This document shows, piece by piece, positions 16,024 to 25,817 of a stretch of 64,000 nt of DNA. Source of the stretch: an uncultured Verrucomicrobiae bacterium. Its GTDB lineage: Bacteria > Verrucomicrobiota > Verrucomicrobiia > Chthoniobacterales > UBA10450. Below the pieces are notes generated by a model that was not told the origin of the DNA, ran no database searches, and worked only from the letters and a program-made list of their open reading frames with translations. The translations under genes and the position numbers were made by a program. Position 1 is the stretch's first letter. The number at the start of each line of letters is the position of its first letter. The stretch spans positions 672,001-736,000 of the forward strand of contig CAVTMK010000004.1 in NCBI GenBank assembly GCA_963735805.1, written 5' to 3'.

Positions 16024-17067
16024 GTGGGAAAATCGACTAAATGGCTGAACCGTTTCGCTTGGTTTCTTTGCGTGGCCGCACTGCTCCTCATTTGCAGCGG
16101 CGGAATGGTCACAAGCAAGAACGTCGGGCTTGCGGTGCCGGATTGGCCGACCACGTTCGGCTACAACATGTTTCTATTCCCCGTCTCAAAATGGGTCGGC
16201 GGAATTCTTTTCGAACATACGCATCGGCTGATCGCTTCAGCGGTTGGATTCCTCACGATTATCCTGGCGATTTGGCTTTGGCGCAGTGAAAATCGACCAT
16301 GGGTGCGCAATCTTGGCCTGATCGCGCTCGCCGGCGTGATCCTGCAGGGAATTCTCGGTGGCCTTCGTGTTACGATGCTGAAGGATGAAATCGGCATCTT
16401 TCACGCTTGTGTGGCCCAAGCTTTTCTGGCGCTGCTTGTTTTGATCGCAATTGTAACGACGAGCTTTTGGAGGTCTCTTCAGGAGATCGGTATCAATCCG
16501 AAGAAATTCGTACCGATTCGAGTAGTGGCCATCGCGATTACGCTGGCGATTTACGCCCAGCTCACGCTGGGAGCGACAATGCGTCATCAACATCGTGATC
16601 TGTCGATTCTCGATTTTCCCACCGCAAATGGCGCATGGATTCCCGATACAAGCGCGACAGCACTGGCAAAGATCAACGCCTGGCGCGATGCGCACGGTTT
16701 GTCGGACGTGGATGCTTTCCAAATCTGGTTGCAGATGGCGCATCGTTTCGTTGCAGTGCTCATTGCAATCGCCGTAATCGGATTTTGTTCGCGCGTTTGG
16801 AAAGACGCGCGTGAGGTTTCCGTGCTCAAGAAATTATCGATGTGGTGGGTCGTGTTTCTTTTCGTTCAACTGACGTTGGGCGCCTGGACGATCTGGAGCA
16901 ATAAGGCCGCCGATATAGCGACTGCGCATGTCGCGGTGGGCGCGGTCATGCTATCTTTTGGCGTGAGCATCTCGGCCATTTGTTGGCGACTTGTGGCGGT
17001 GTCGCGACACGGCGCGCCCGGCGGGTCCGAGCCGGACAGGCATAGCGCCCTACCAATTCCGGCATGA
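16024..17067 (+). CDS. ctaA: Haem A synthase, COX15/CtaA (start uncertain)
   Basis: GG.VTS...GLA.PDWP, FEHTHRL, QG.LGG.RV, second-half HR and H motifs. Confidence 0.9.
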   Translation: MGKSTKWLNRFAWFLCVAALLLICSGGMVTSKNVGLAVPDWPTTFGYNMFLFPVSKWVGGILFEHTHRLIASAVGFLTIILAIWLWRSENRPWVRNLGLIALAGVILQGILGGLRVTMLKDEIGIFHACVAQAFLALLVLIAIVTTSFWRSLQEIGINPKKFVPIRVVAIAITLAIYAQLTLGATMRHQHRDLSILDFPTANGAWIPDTSATALAKINAWRDAHGLSDVDAFQIWLQMAHRFVAVLIAIAVIGFCSRVWKDAREVSVLKKLSMWWVVFLFVQLTLGAWTIWSNKAADIATAHVAVGAVMLSFGVSISAICWRLVAVSRHGAPGGSEPDRHSALPIPA

Positions 17068-17969
17068 AAACCGCTGCCGTCGAAGTCGAAGATATAAAAC
17101 ATGCGTTCGCGCGGAAGAGGGTCATTTCTGATCTCTTCGAGCTGGTCAAAGCGCGATTGACGTCACTTGTTTTACTGACTACCGCAGTCGGTTTTTATCT
17201 CGGATCGGAATCGCCGGTCGATTATGCGGCATTATTTCGGGTGGTGTTTGGAACAGCGGCCGCGGCTGCGGGAGCAGCTGCGCTCAATCAGTGGTGGGAA
17301 CGCAAGGCGGATGCTCTGATGCACCGCACCAGGATGCGCCCGGTGCCGGCAGGTCGAATGCGACCAGCCGAAGCACTTGCGCTTGGCGTGGTCTTTTCTT
17401 TCTTTGGTGTCGGCTATCTCGCGTTGGTTTGTAACACGTTGAGCGCGATCCTCTCTGCGATCACGATCGCGATTTACATCTTCGGTTACACGCCGCTGAA
17501 GCGTGCCAGTACGGCGAACACGATTGTTGGTGCGATCCCCGGTGCGATCCCGCCGGTCATTGGTTGGGCAGCGGCCCGGGGAGCAATCGACGCTGGAGCG
17601 TGGAGCCTCTTCGCGATTCTTCTGCTATGGCAACTGCCGCATTTCTTCGCTATTGCCTGGATGTATCGAGAAGATTATTCGCGGGCCGGGTTCCGCATGA
17701 TCTCGAGTGACGATCTCACCGGCGAGCGCAGCGCCAGTCAAAGTGTGTTTTTTTGCATCCTTCTCCTGATATTGGGAGCCCTGCCCGCATATACTGGAGT
17801 CGTCACGTTCGCCTATCTCCCAATCGAGCTGGCGCTTGGCGGAATGTTTATTGCGGTTGCCATGCGGTTTCTAAAACTACGGACCTCGGCAGCTGCACGG
17901 GCATTATTCATTACGTCGATTGTTTATCTTCCGCTGCTGCTGGCTGCGCTAGTTGTAACAAAATCATGA
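17064..17969 (+). CDS. ctaB: Protohaem IX farnesyltransferase (haem O synthase)
   Basis: LNQW.E...D.LM.RT..RP.P.GR, YT.LKR, LWQLPHF.AIAW.YREDY..AG. Confidence 0.95.
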   Translation: MKTAAVEVEDIKHAFARKRVISDLFELVKARLTSLVLLTTAVGFYLGSESPVDYAALFRVVFGTAAAAAGAAALNQWWERKADALMHRTRMRPVPAGRMRPAEALALGVVFSFFGVGYLALVCNTLSAILSAITIAIYIFGYTPLKRASTANTIVGAIPGAIPPVIGWAAARGAIDAGAWSLFAILLLWQLPHFFAIAWMYREDYSRAGFRMISSDDLTGERSASQSVFFCILLLILGALPAYTGVVTFAYLPIELALGGMFIAVAMRFLKLRTSAAARALFITSIVYLPLLLAALVVTKS

Positions 17970-18029
17970 ACACAGCGATGCATCTGGTGTCGAACCATTT
18001 TGCGAAGTCTTTGGGGAGATGAGCTTGGG

Positions 18030-18683
18030 ATGAATACAGATGCCGCAACAGCGCACGTGGTGCCGTCGCGTGGTAGCTTTGCATGGAAGCTGACCCTGGT
18101 TCTCATTCCGATCGTCACGCTTGGTATTTTGCTGTGGCTGCGTCAGATCGAAGTGAACGCACTCAAACAACGGACCGTTTCCTCGTACGGCAATGTACCA
18201 GCTTTTCAGTTGATCAATCAAAACGGACAGCCATTTGGCTCCGCGCAGTTGTCTGGGAAAATTTGGATAGCCGATTTCGTTTACACCACCTGTCCTGGGC
18301 CTTGCCCAATGATCAGCAGTCGGATGAGCGAACTGCAAAAGCCATTGGAAAAGACCGATGTGCATCTGGTCTCGTTTAGTGTCGATCCTGAGAAAGACAC
18401 CGCGCAGGTGTTGCGTGGTTACGCTGAGAAATTGCAGGCAGATGCTGCGCGCTGGGATTTCCTCACAGGACCTAAAAGTGCCATTTACAAGCTCTCACAC
18501 GATGGTTTCAAGCTGGCCGTTTCGGACGGCAGTAACGAACAGGGTATCCCGGTTCATAGCACGCGGATGGTGCTGGTGGATCGACACGGTGAGATCCGCG
18601 GTTACTACGAGGCAACCGAGGCAGACGCGATAACGAAGTTGCTGGCGGACACCAATCATCTGCTGCGCGAACAACCGCAATAA
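18030..18683 (+). CDS. sco: SCO1/SenC copper chaperone
   Basis: One TM helix, F.YTTCPGPCP, SVDPE.D, conserved His in HSTR..LVD..G. Confidence 0.92.
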   Translation: MNTDAATAHVVPSRGSFAWKLTLVLIPIVTLGILLWLRQIEVNALKQRTVSSYGNVPAFQLINQNGQPFGSAQLSGKIWIADFVYTTCPGPCPMISSRMSELQKPLEKTDVHLVSFSVDPEKDTAQVLRGYAEKLQADAARWDFLTGPKSAIYKLSHDGFKLAVSDGSNEQGIPVHSTRMVLVDRHGEIRGYYEATEADAITKLLADTNHLLREQPQ

Positions 18684-18684
18684 T

Positions 18685-18756
18685 TGTAACCGCGGTCGCG
18701 GTGTCGAGGCGCTGTATTACGTTGTCCGAGCACGGCGACGCAGCGCCGTGGCTACA
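18685..18756. repeat. GTAG-type REP doublet between convergent sco and rfbA
   Basis: CACGGCG-acgcag-CGCCGTG hairpin followed by GCTACA; degenerate facing arm TGTAACC...GTCGAGGCG. Confidence 0.7.
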
Positions 18757-18775
18757 AGTCATTCGAATCCTGGTA

Positions 18776-19669
18776 TCACCCAACCGGCTCAGGTCCAGCG
18801 GTTGGTCCTTCGTCGCAGACCATACGTAGATAATCTCGATACTCGCCTTTCGGCAGTCGATCGATCGTAGCAGCGAGTTGAGATTCTGTAATGAATCCTG
18901 TGCGAAGCGCCACTTCCTCCAGACACGCGATCTTGAGTCCCTGGCGGTGTTCGATCGTCGCTATGTAATTGCTCGCTTCGAGCAATGCCGTTGTGGTTCC
19001 AGTATCGAGCCAGGCCATACCGCGGCTGAGTAATTTTACGTGGAGCTGGTTTTCCTTGAGGTAGAGCAAATTCAAATCGGTAATCTCCAATTCGCCTCGC
19101 GCAGATGGACGCAATTTCCGACATAGCTCGACGACGCGCTCGTCATAAACATAAAGCCCCGGCACCGCAAAGTGACTCTTGGGTCGCTTCGGTTTTTCCT
19201 CCAGGCTGATCGCCTTTCCATCAGCGCCGAACTCGACTACTCCGTACCGCTCCGGATCGCGCACTTGATATCCAAAAATGCAGGCGCCACGCTCGATGGC
19301 GAGTGCGTCCCGGTAAAAGTCGAGTTTCCCATAAAAGATGTTGTCACCCAGAATCAATGATGCGCCGGAGCCCGCGATGAATTTTGCGCCGATCAGGAAA
19401 GCCTGAGCGATTCCCTCGGGCTTTGGCTGCTCTGCGTATTCGATCCGAATGCCAAGATGGGCGCCGTCGTACAGATATTCGCGCAGCATCGGCAAATCCT
19501 TCGGTGTGGAAATGATCAATACTTCGCGCAGGCCACCAAGCATCAGTGTAGCCAGCGGATAACAAATCATTGGCTTGTCGTAGATCGGCAGAAGTTGCTT
19601 GCAAACGATCTTCGTAAGCGGGAAAAGGCGCGTCCCCGCGCCGCCAGCGAGCAGAATGGCTTTTTTCAT
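18776..19669 (-). CDS. rfbA: Glucose-1-phosphate thymidylyltransferase
   Basis: LAGGAGTRLFPLT, KQLLPIYDKPMI, LEEKP..PKS, ARGELEITD, WLDTGT. Confidence 0.96.
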   Translation of the reverse strand: MKKAILLAGGAGTRLFPLTKIVCKQLLPIYDKPMICYPLATLMLGGLREVLIISTPKDLPMLREYLYDGAHLGIRIEYAEQPKPEGIAQAFLIGAKFIAGSGASLILGDNIFYGKLDFYRDALAIERGACIFGYQVRDPERYGVVEFGADGKAISLEEKPKRPKSHFAVPGLYVYDERVVELCRKLRPSARGELEITDLNLLYLKENQLHVKLLSRGMAWLDTGTTTALLEASNYIATIEHRQGLKIACLEEVALRTGFITESQLAATIDRLPKGEYRDYLRMVCDEGPTAGPEPVG

Positions 19670-21627
19670 TTTTGATTTTCGATTTTTGATTTTCGATCGC
19701 TGCGGCTCCAGCGCATCAGTAATTCCGCCCATTCCTGCCAGAAACGCGTCCCAGCAGTCAAATCGATCCCGCTTTTTTGACTGACTCTGCCAAGCGCCTG
19801 CTGCGGAGCCGAACGGAACGTTGTCTTATCAACAAGAAATGATTCGCCGCGGGCCAATTGGCGATCTCTCAAACGACCACCTACACACTCTGACAAGGCG
19901 TTTTGGGTCCACTCACGCGGTAACGCCGGTCGTGCCTCAATGGTGGCGCTCACAGTAACATTGAGAAGTTCTTTTAAGATGAGCGCGCAGACGAGCGCTC
20001 CGGAACTCGTCGCGTGAACATGCGACACGTTTTTTTCGCGAAGCAGCGTGGCCAACACAAGAGCAAAACGCGCCTGTCGCAAAAAGATGGCACCTGGCGC
20101 TCTGATGCTCTGCTGCGCCCGTTCTTCCTCCAGCTTTTGCGCGAGCGCGTGGTTTGCCCGCCATTCGGCCTCTACGACCATCGGGTCTGGCAGAAATTCC
20201 AGCGACGGCGCCATTTTTTCCATCGCTCGCGTGAACTGCGCATGAGAATTCAATTCGCAGACGATTGGGACGATCGGCACGTTGCGACGCTTCATCTCTT
20301 CAAGCTCGCGTTCGAGCAGTGGGAAATTTTTATCCGGCCACCGATCGATGATATACGCGATCTGATGACCTTGTGTAGCCGCTTCCTTGTGCGAAACCAA
20401 CCCAGGGTACCGCTTGCGCGCAATCGCCTGCGCCTTCTCAAAAAGCTCGATAAGGGGCGCGACGGTGTGTTCGATTCGGAAATGTTGTTCGATACGCTCG
20501 CGTCCAGCGCGCCCGTAATGCAACCGCAATTTGCCGTCCTCTATAAGTCGGCTCAACGCTTCCGCCAATGCCACCGTGTCTTCAGGAGGAACGAGCAAAC
20601 CGGTTTCACCATGGACAACGGATTCAGGAATTCCGGCCAGGCGTGTAGACACGACCGGACGCGCAGCCGCCATCGCCTCGATTATTACTGTCGGAAAAAT
20701 GTCGCTGGCCCCTTGGGCGTCCATCACCGAAGCCAACGCAAAAATATCAGCGGACCGGAGTTTCTGCAGAACCTCTCGCTGCGACAGTGAGCCGAGCAGA
20801 TGAACCCGGTCTGACAAGTTCAGCTTCCTAATTCTTGCTTCAAGGTCAGTCCGAAGCGGGCCGTCACCAATGATTTCACAGGTGAACTCAAGACCCCGGC
20901 GCGCAAGTTCTGCACAAGCGTCTATCAGGTGATCAAATCCCTTGAATGCAACCAGTCGGCCGATGCTGATGATGCGCGGGGCTGTGTTCTCTGACATTTC
21001 AAAATGCGCTGCTGGAAAACGCTGCAGATCCATTCCGTTATAGATGCGATGAATTTTTATGGCGGAATCCGGACAGCGTTCGCGAAGCAGATCGCGACTG
21101 TAGTCCGTTTCGGCCGCGACGAATTCCGCCGCGGCGAAGATTTCCCGCAACAGGTCGTCATTGCCAAGGTCTTTCATGAAATCCTGTCCATGCGCCGTGA
21201 TGCTAAATGGAATCCCTGAAATCTCTTTCAAGAACATCGCGGTGTGCGCTGCGCGATTAGCGAAGTGAACATGAACATGATCGACGCCGCGGCGCTTGAA
21301 GTGTTCGGCAAAGTAAAGGGCATTTCGTGCGCGCTGCTCTGCCTTCACACTGGAGCCGTACTTTCGCTCGTGCCGGTCAACCAGATCGCGTGGCCACTTG
21401 CTTTCTGTCTTCGCGTTCTTTTCTGAAATCTTTAGGATATCCTGCGGCGGCGCGTAATGAATCGGCGCGCGCAAACAGGCGATGTGCTCATGACGCAAGG
21501 TCGTGAGCGGGGGATAGATCGAGCCGACCTCGAGTTCCAAACCGAGTCGTTCCAGCGCCAGCATCTCCGCGTCGCAAAATGTCTGCGAAAGGACTGGATA
21601 CCGGGAGTAGAGATAGCCGAGCCGCAT
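19666..21627 (-). CDS. GT4 glycosyltransferase (WcaL-like) with a duplicated N-terminal domain at the C-terminus
   Basis: YP.LSQTF...E, HVHVHFA, TAHG.D, GRL...KG, P..IIEAMA...PVV; ATGA overlap with rfbA. Confidence 0.88.
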   Translation of the reverse strand: MRLGYLYSRYPVLSQTFCDAEMLALERLGLELEVGSIYPPLTTLRHEHIACLRAPIHYAPPQDILKISEKNAKTESKWPRDLVDRHERKYGSSVKAEQRARNALYFAEHFKRRGVDHVHVHFANRAAHTAMFLKEISGIPFSITAHGQDFMKDLGNDDLLREIFAAAEFVAAETDYSRDLLRERCPDSAIKIHRIYNGMDLQRFPAAHFEMSENTAPRIISIGRLVAFKGFDHLIDACAELARRGLEFTCEIIGDGPLRTDLEARIRKLNLSDRVHLLGSLSQREVLQKLRSADIFALASVMDAQGASDIFPTVIIEAMAAARPVVSTRLAGIPESVVHGETGLLVPPEDTVALAEALSRLIEDGKLRLHYGRAGRERIEQHFRIEHTVAPLIELFEKAQAIARKRYPGLVSHKEAATQGHQIAYIIDRWPDKNFPLLERELEEMKRRNVPIVPIVCELNSHAQFTRAMEKMAPSLEFLPDPMVVEAEWRANHALAQKLEEERAQQSIRAPGAIFLRQARFALVLATLLREKNVSHVHATSSGALVCALILKELLNVTVSATIEARPALPREWTQNALSECVGGRLRDRQLARGESFLVDKTTFRSAPQQALGRVSQKSGIDLTAGTRFWQEWAELLMRWSRSDRKSKIENQK

Positions 21628-21680
21628 CGAAATCGGATGATTACGCGTTCCGCGCGAAAATAGCAATGGCAGGCGTTTTT

Positions 21681-21752
21681 TGTTGCTGCCTCGCTCTGTC
21701 GAGACGCTTAGCCCGTTGCCATTCGGCACGGCGACACAGCGCTGTGGCTACA
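21681..21752. repeat. GTAG-type REP doublet, same family as 18685-18756
   Basis: CACGGCGACACAGCGCTGTGGCTACA matches 18731-18756 at 24 of 26 positions; left arm GCCTCGCTCTGTCGAGACG. Confidence 0.7.
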
Positions 21753-21775
21753 ACAGGGAGCGTTTGGCCAACCGC

Positions 21776-22093
21776 CTACGAAAATCGGACGTCCTTGCCC
21801 GGATCCATTTCAAAGTCCAAGTCGAGGGAATCCTCTGTGTTCGGCTTGATCACTTCCTCCATGAATTTCACGAAAATGGGGTCTTCGCGGAAGATTGCGT
21901 ACTTGTCCATCGACTCAAAATCGATGGCAATAAAGAATGGCCACGGCAATTCGGGGTCGATTCGTTTTCCGCATTTGATGCTCAAGACCTCGGGAATTTT
22001 CAGAAGTTGCATGCGGGTATTCATCATCATCGCCTCGACGCGGGCAGGCGTGACCTCGGGTTTGAGTTTGTAGAGAACGACATGATGAACCAT
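21776..22093 (-). CDS. Dabb family (stress-responsive A/B barrel) protein
   Basis: MVHHVVLYKLK, L..IP.V, F.S.....F..DP, C-terminal LDFE. Confidence 0.8.
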   Translation of the reverse strand: MVHHVVLYKLKPEVTPARVEAMMMNTRMQLLKIPEVLSIKCGKRIDPELPWPFFIAIDFESMDKYAIFREDPIFVKFMEEVIKPNTEDSLDLDFEMDPGKDVRFS

Positions 22094-22191
22094 AAGGGTA
22101 AAGCTAATAGGCGTTTCCGACGAGGCGCGCAAGTCTGAATCCGTTTGCCCGAGACAAGCAAAACCGGCGTCGTTCCCTCAGCATTCTGGAT

Positions 22192-24264
22192 TCAAGACCG
22201 ATTAATATCGATTTTGCCATTAGGAACACGGTAAATGGTCAATGCTCCGAAGCGATTCTCCCTATCTTCGAAGACCATCTTGAAATAACGCTTGTATATC
22301 GGTTCGTTTAGTTTCGCCCTCAAAAAGCCGGATCGCAGTCCGTTATCAATTGCCACGTATCTGATGCCATTCTCATTGAGTACATGAACAAGCTTGGTCG
22401 GATCTTTTTCTGTGAACATTTTTTCGTAAAGCACGTCGCGCGCACCTGTCGGATAGCCCATCGACCAGCCAAAATACGGCCAGCCATAAAAGATGCGGCG
22501 GCCGTTCAGTAGAATTGGGTTAATAACAACCCTATCGGTTAGGAACACGTCCCTGGGATTCGTGTTTGCCTCCAGCCAGTCCGACAGGCGATTTTGTCTA
22601 AATGGCACGTCAACGACCGTATCGTTGTGGATACGGAACCACTCAATCGCACCTCCAAGAGTCACAATTAGCAGTAGAACTATCGCTGCTGGTTTCCCTA
22701 CCCAATGGATTCTGGCTACTCGCCAGATCGTACAGGCGACAAATAGATTGATGAGAAGGACCCAAATGTAGAGAAACTTATGGTTATTTATGATATCAGT
22801 GGTTAACTGGGTGCTAAAGGCGAGCATTGGCAGAATCAAGAGTGCGACGAATAGCTTACGCGGAAGCGCCGTACAGAATATCACGGCAGCTAACGCTAGC
22901 AGCAGTTTCGACCCAAAGGTAAAGTAGAAATAAGATAAGACACGCGGCAGCGTTGCATTTTCTACAACAAGTCCCCAGTGGATAAGTGTGTTTCCGTGCG
23001 CGAATCCCTGCTTGCGTAGGAAAAGAAACGCGACTTGTGGAAGCGCAACAGCCCCTGCTGTAATCAAAATCGCGAGCACATAACCTCGATAGGGGAACAG
23101 GATAAACGTCGCGGCGACCACTGCAAAAGCTGTCGCAAACGCGGCGCTGTTCCATAACGGCATTAGTCCAAGCAAGAACCCGGTGAAGATAAAACTCACC
23201 AATTGTGACCGATTTGCCTGTGGCGGCCCAATTGATTTCTGGGCGCCCGACGAGAGAAGGGATTTACCAGGTGCCGTTTCAACGTCTATTGTTGTGCTTT
23301 CAATCGCAGATAATTTCGCTATTTCGCCTCCCTCACTTTCTGGTAGGCGCTTGCGCCATCGCCGTTGAAAAAAATCAACTAGAAAGGTCAAGACGACCAA
23401 CAAGGTACCAATTCCTACCACGAAGTGCCGTTGCACATAGAAAATACTCAGCGACCAGGTACCTACATTTTCTGCTTTATATGGGTAGCCTGACACGAGC
23501 CAATGGTTGAGTGTCACGATGGATCTGAGTGCCTGGGACAGGGAGTGTTGCGAGGATAGGAATGGAACGTACGAAAGCGTAGTCGGGAAAAAAAAGAGTG
23601 AAGCCGCAAGTCGCCCAACTGCTCGTGACTGAAATAACAGCTCGCCTAGTGTCATGATCAGAATCAACATCGCAAGGAGGGAAAGGACGCTTAAGAGATT
23701 CAGAGCCCAGGCCATATTAAGGCCCAGGAACTCTAAGTTCCCTGCTTGGAACCAAAAAAGGAAATGATAACGAATAGGCTCGCCGATAAAGTGGGGATAC
23801 TCCGTGGGGAAATTGTGTCCTATGGCGAAACTTTGCATTAACGATAGGTTAGGGCCAAAATCGTTCCAGACGACAAACGCCATGCGCACATGGCCATCCT
23901 TGAGCCAAAGCGTCCCGAACATCAGGTAGCAAGCGATCAAGAAAAAGCAGGCCATGAAAAGGGTGTCCCAAACTAATGAGCCTGGCGGTCGAAACTCCGA
24001 CAGTTTCGGATCGAACACAGATTGAGGTCGAAGCCAGTAGATCAACGCAGCTGCCAGCGCGAAAAATAAGATATTCGCGCCAATCAACGGTTTTAGGGAC
24101 GAGGCGAACGCAAGCGCCAATAAGTATGTCGACCATGTACTTAAAACAAGCCCAACCAGAAATGAGGCGGCGAGGTAATGGAGCAGCGAGTTGAAAGTGT
24201 ATAAACGCCGGCAAATACAAGCTCCAAGCATTAGCATCGTTGCTAGATAGAGCAGTGCTAGCAT
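22192..24264 (-). CDS. Large polytopic membrane protein, GT-C-fold glycosyltransferase-like
   Basis: Many TM helices, loop W.D...L....SF..G.NFP.EYP.F.GE.IRYHF, C-terminal soluble domain (WLEANT...DVFL, GIRYV). Confidence 0.7.
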   Translation of the reverse strand: MLALLYLATMLMLGACICRRLYTFNSLLHYLAASFLVGLVLSTWSTYLLALAFASSLKPLIGANILFFALAAALIYWLRPQSVFDPKLSEFRPPGSLVWDTLFMACFFLIACYLMFGTLWLKDGHVRMAFVVWNDFGPNLSLMQSFAIGHNFPTEYPHFIGEPIRYHFLFWFQAGNLEFLGLNMAWALNLLSVLSLLAMLILIMTLGELLFQSRAVGRLAASLFFFPTTLSYVPFLSSQHSLSQALRSIVTLNHWLVSGYPYKAENVGTWSLSIFYVQRHFVVGIGTLLVVLTFLVDFFQRRWRKRLPESEGGEIAKLSAIESTTIDVETAPGKSLLSSGAQKSIGPPQANRSQLVSFIFTGFLLGLMPLWNSAAFATAFAVVAATFILFPYRGYVLAILITAGAVALPQVAFLFLRKQGFAHGNTLIHWGLVVENATLPRVLSYFYFTFGSKLLLALAAVIFCTALPRKLFVALLILPMLAFSTQLTTDIINNHKFLYIWVLLINLFVACTIWRVARIHWVGKPAAIVLLLIVTLGGAIEWFRIHNDTVVDVPFRQNRLSDWLEANTNPRDVFLTDRVVINPILLNGRRIFYGWPYFGWSMGYPTGARDVLYEKMFTEKDPTKLVHVLNENGIRYVAIDNGLRSGFLRAKLNEPIYKRYFKMVFEDRENRFGALTIYRVPNGKIDINRS

Positions 24265-24314
24265 TCTAATTCGGCGGAGTTAAACCTGAGTGTCTTGCCT
24301 CGATGACAGACCAG

Positions 24315-25598
24315 CTAGGGATGCACATTCCTAGTCCAAAGAAATTCATATGTCGCCACCGCATTGATCGCAACCGAGATAAAAAACAGCGAAACTTCTA
24401 TAACAGACAGCTTCGCGGGTCCGTTGCCTACCAGCAAAAGAAACATCCAAGGCAGCAGGATGATGCCGTAACGATAGGAGAATTGCCAGCCGCCAGGGTT
24501 TCCATGGCACCAGAGCGCCGCGGTCAATAACCCGATGGCGAGCCAAGACACCGCCTTATACTTACCGCCCTCGCGAAAAAGGAGAAAAAGAAATGGACTG
24601 GCCGTGAAGATGGAGCAACCAAATCCGTATGGTAGAATATAAGGAAACTTGGGAGTGGTGTCGCCAATCCCTTTGAAAAGCATGTGATAAACGTTTCCTG
24701 GGATTGCGTGGAGAGAAAATAAGCCGTGCTGATACCATGGTTCCTGGAGAACGCGCGGGATTCGAGCGTATCCAAAATCAAAGATAGAATGAAAGCGCGC
24801 GAAGTTATACTCCGCTGTTAGAATACCAAGAACTAACGGTAGGATTATAAAGGAGATCAACTCAGGCGCCTTCTTGCGAAGTCGTTGTCCAATCGTGCCT
24901 AATCCTATCGGCTCGCTGCCGTTAGGGCTCGTCAGCCATAAATAAAGAAAAATTGGCAAGACAAGAACCAGTTCGGTGCGATTTCCGAATGCGAGCGCGC
25001 AGAACGCTCCGGCGACCAAAGGGCACGGTCGAACCAAAGTAAAATATAGAGCTGCTGCTTCTCCCAGTAGCGCGAATCCAAGAGCGACTTGCCAAGAACC
25101 ACCGAATCCAAGGTTACACCATGTCCACGTCCCAAAAATGGGAAACAGCGCAAGAACAATGCGTCGGCCAACTGACTTGGTTTCGACGCTCGACAAGCCA
25201 AAGAAGAAAAAGACGCACAGTCCCGCAATCAACGCTGTCAAAGCTTGCGCAGGAAAACTGTGAATCCATCCTGCTCGCTGTAAGAGAGCGACTGGGAGAA
25301 CGCTTAGCACTGCACCAAGTGGGAAGACAGAGTAATATTTGCCTTCGAATGGGACCAACTCGTTCAGCCACGATCCGGGGTGTCTGTCCAGACCAAGACG
25401 CCCGTGCAACAAGGCCGCTGCAATTCGACTCGTGTAATCAAAGTCGTGCATGGTCGCCTTGGTGGTTTCAAAGAAAACGATGCTCGAGATCACGGCGAGG
25501 AAGATCGCCACGATCCAATCGCGTGAGGGTCCCGGTGCCGCAACATTTTGGCAAACGTCTCGCGCCTTCTCAGCGCTTCCTGCTTCTCCTGTCATCAC
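24315..25598 (-). CDS. Polytopic membrane protein, GT-C-like
   Basis: About 10 TM helices; ELV.FEGKYYS.FP.G, YN.ARF....DFGY, G.QF.YRY motifs; shares motifs with 33400-34818. Confidence 0.7.
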   Translation of the reverse strand: MMTGEAGSAEKARDVCQNVAAPGPSRDWIVAIFLAVISSIVFFETTKATMHDFDYTSRIAAALLHGRLGLDRHPGSWLNELVPFEGKYYSVFPLGAVLSVLPVALLQRAGWIHSFPAQALTALIAGLCVFFFFGLSSVETKSVGRRIVLALFPIFGTWTWCNLGFGGSWQVALGFALLGEAAALYFTLVRPCPLVAGAFCALAFGNRTELVLVLPIFLYLWLTSPNGSEPIGLGTIGQRLRKKAPELISFIILPLVLGILTAEYNFARFHSIFDFGYARIPRVLQEPWYQHGLFSLHAIPGNVYHMLFKGIGDTTPKFPYILPYGFGCSIFTASPFLFLLFREGGKYKAVSWLAIGLLTAALWCHGNPGGWQFSYRYGIILLPWMFLLLVGNGPAKLSVIEVSLFFISVAINAVATYEFLWTRNVHP

Positions 25599-25817
25599 TT
25601 CGTTACCTTATTCTGATGCGACGGGATGCTATTTCAAATCGTTTGCTTTGCCAAATCGGACCTCGGCAAGGGTTTGGCCGATTTCAGTTGGACGCCTCTG
25701 GCTGATCCCATGGCCCCGCGGCCTCCACATGAACCTCATTGTGCCGATCTTAGTTGTTTCGGTGTCGATCCATTTAATGCGAACAAAAGAACAACGCGGC
25801 CGATGTCATCATAGTAC

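Noticed and set aside
17966..18022. 18-codon ORF MNTAMHLV... between ctaB and sco
   Set aside because: Too short to support; may be a decayed duplicate of the sco start
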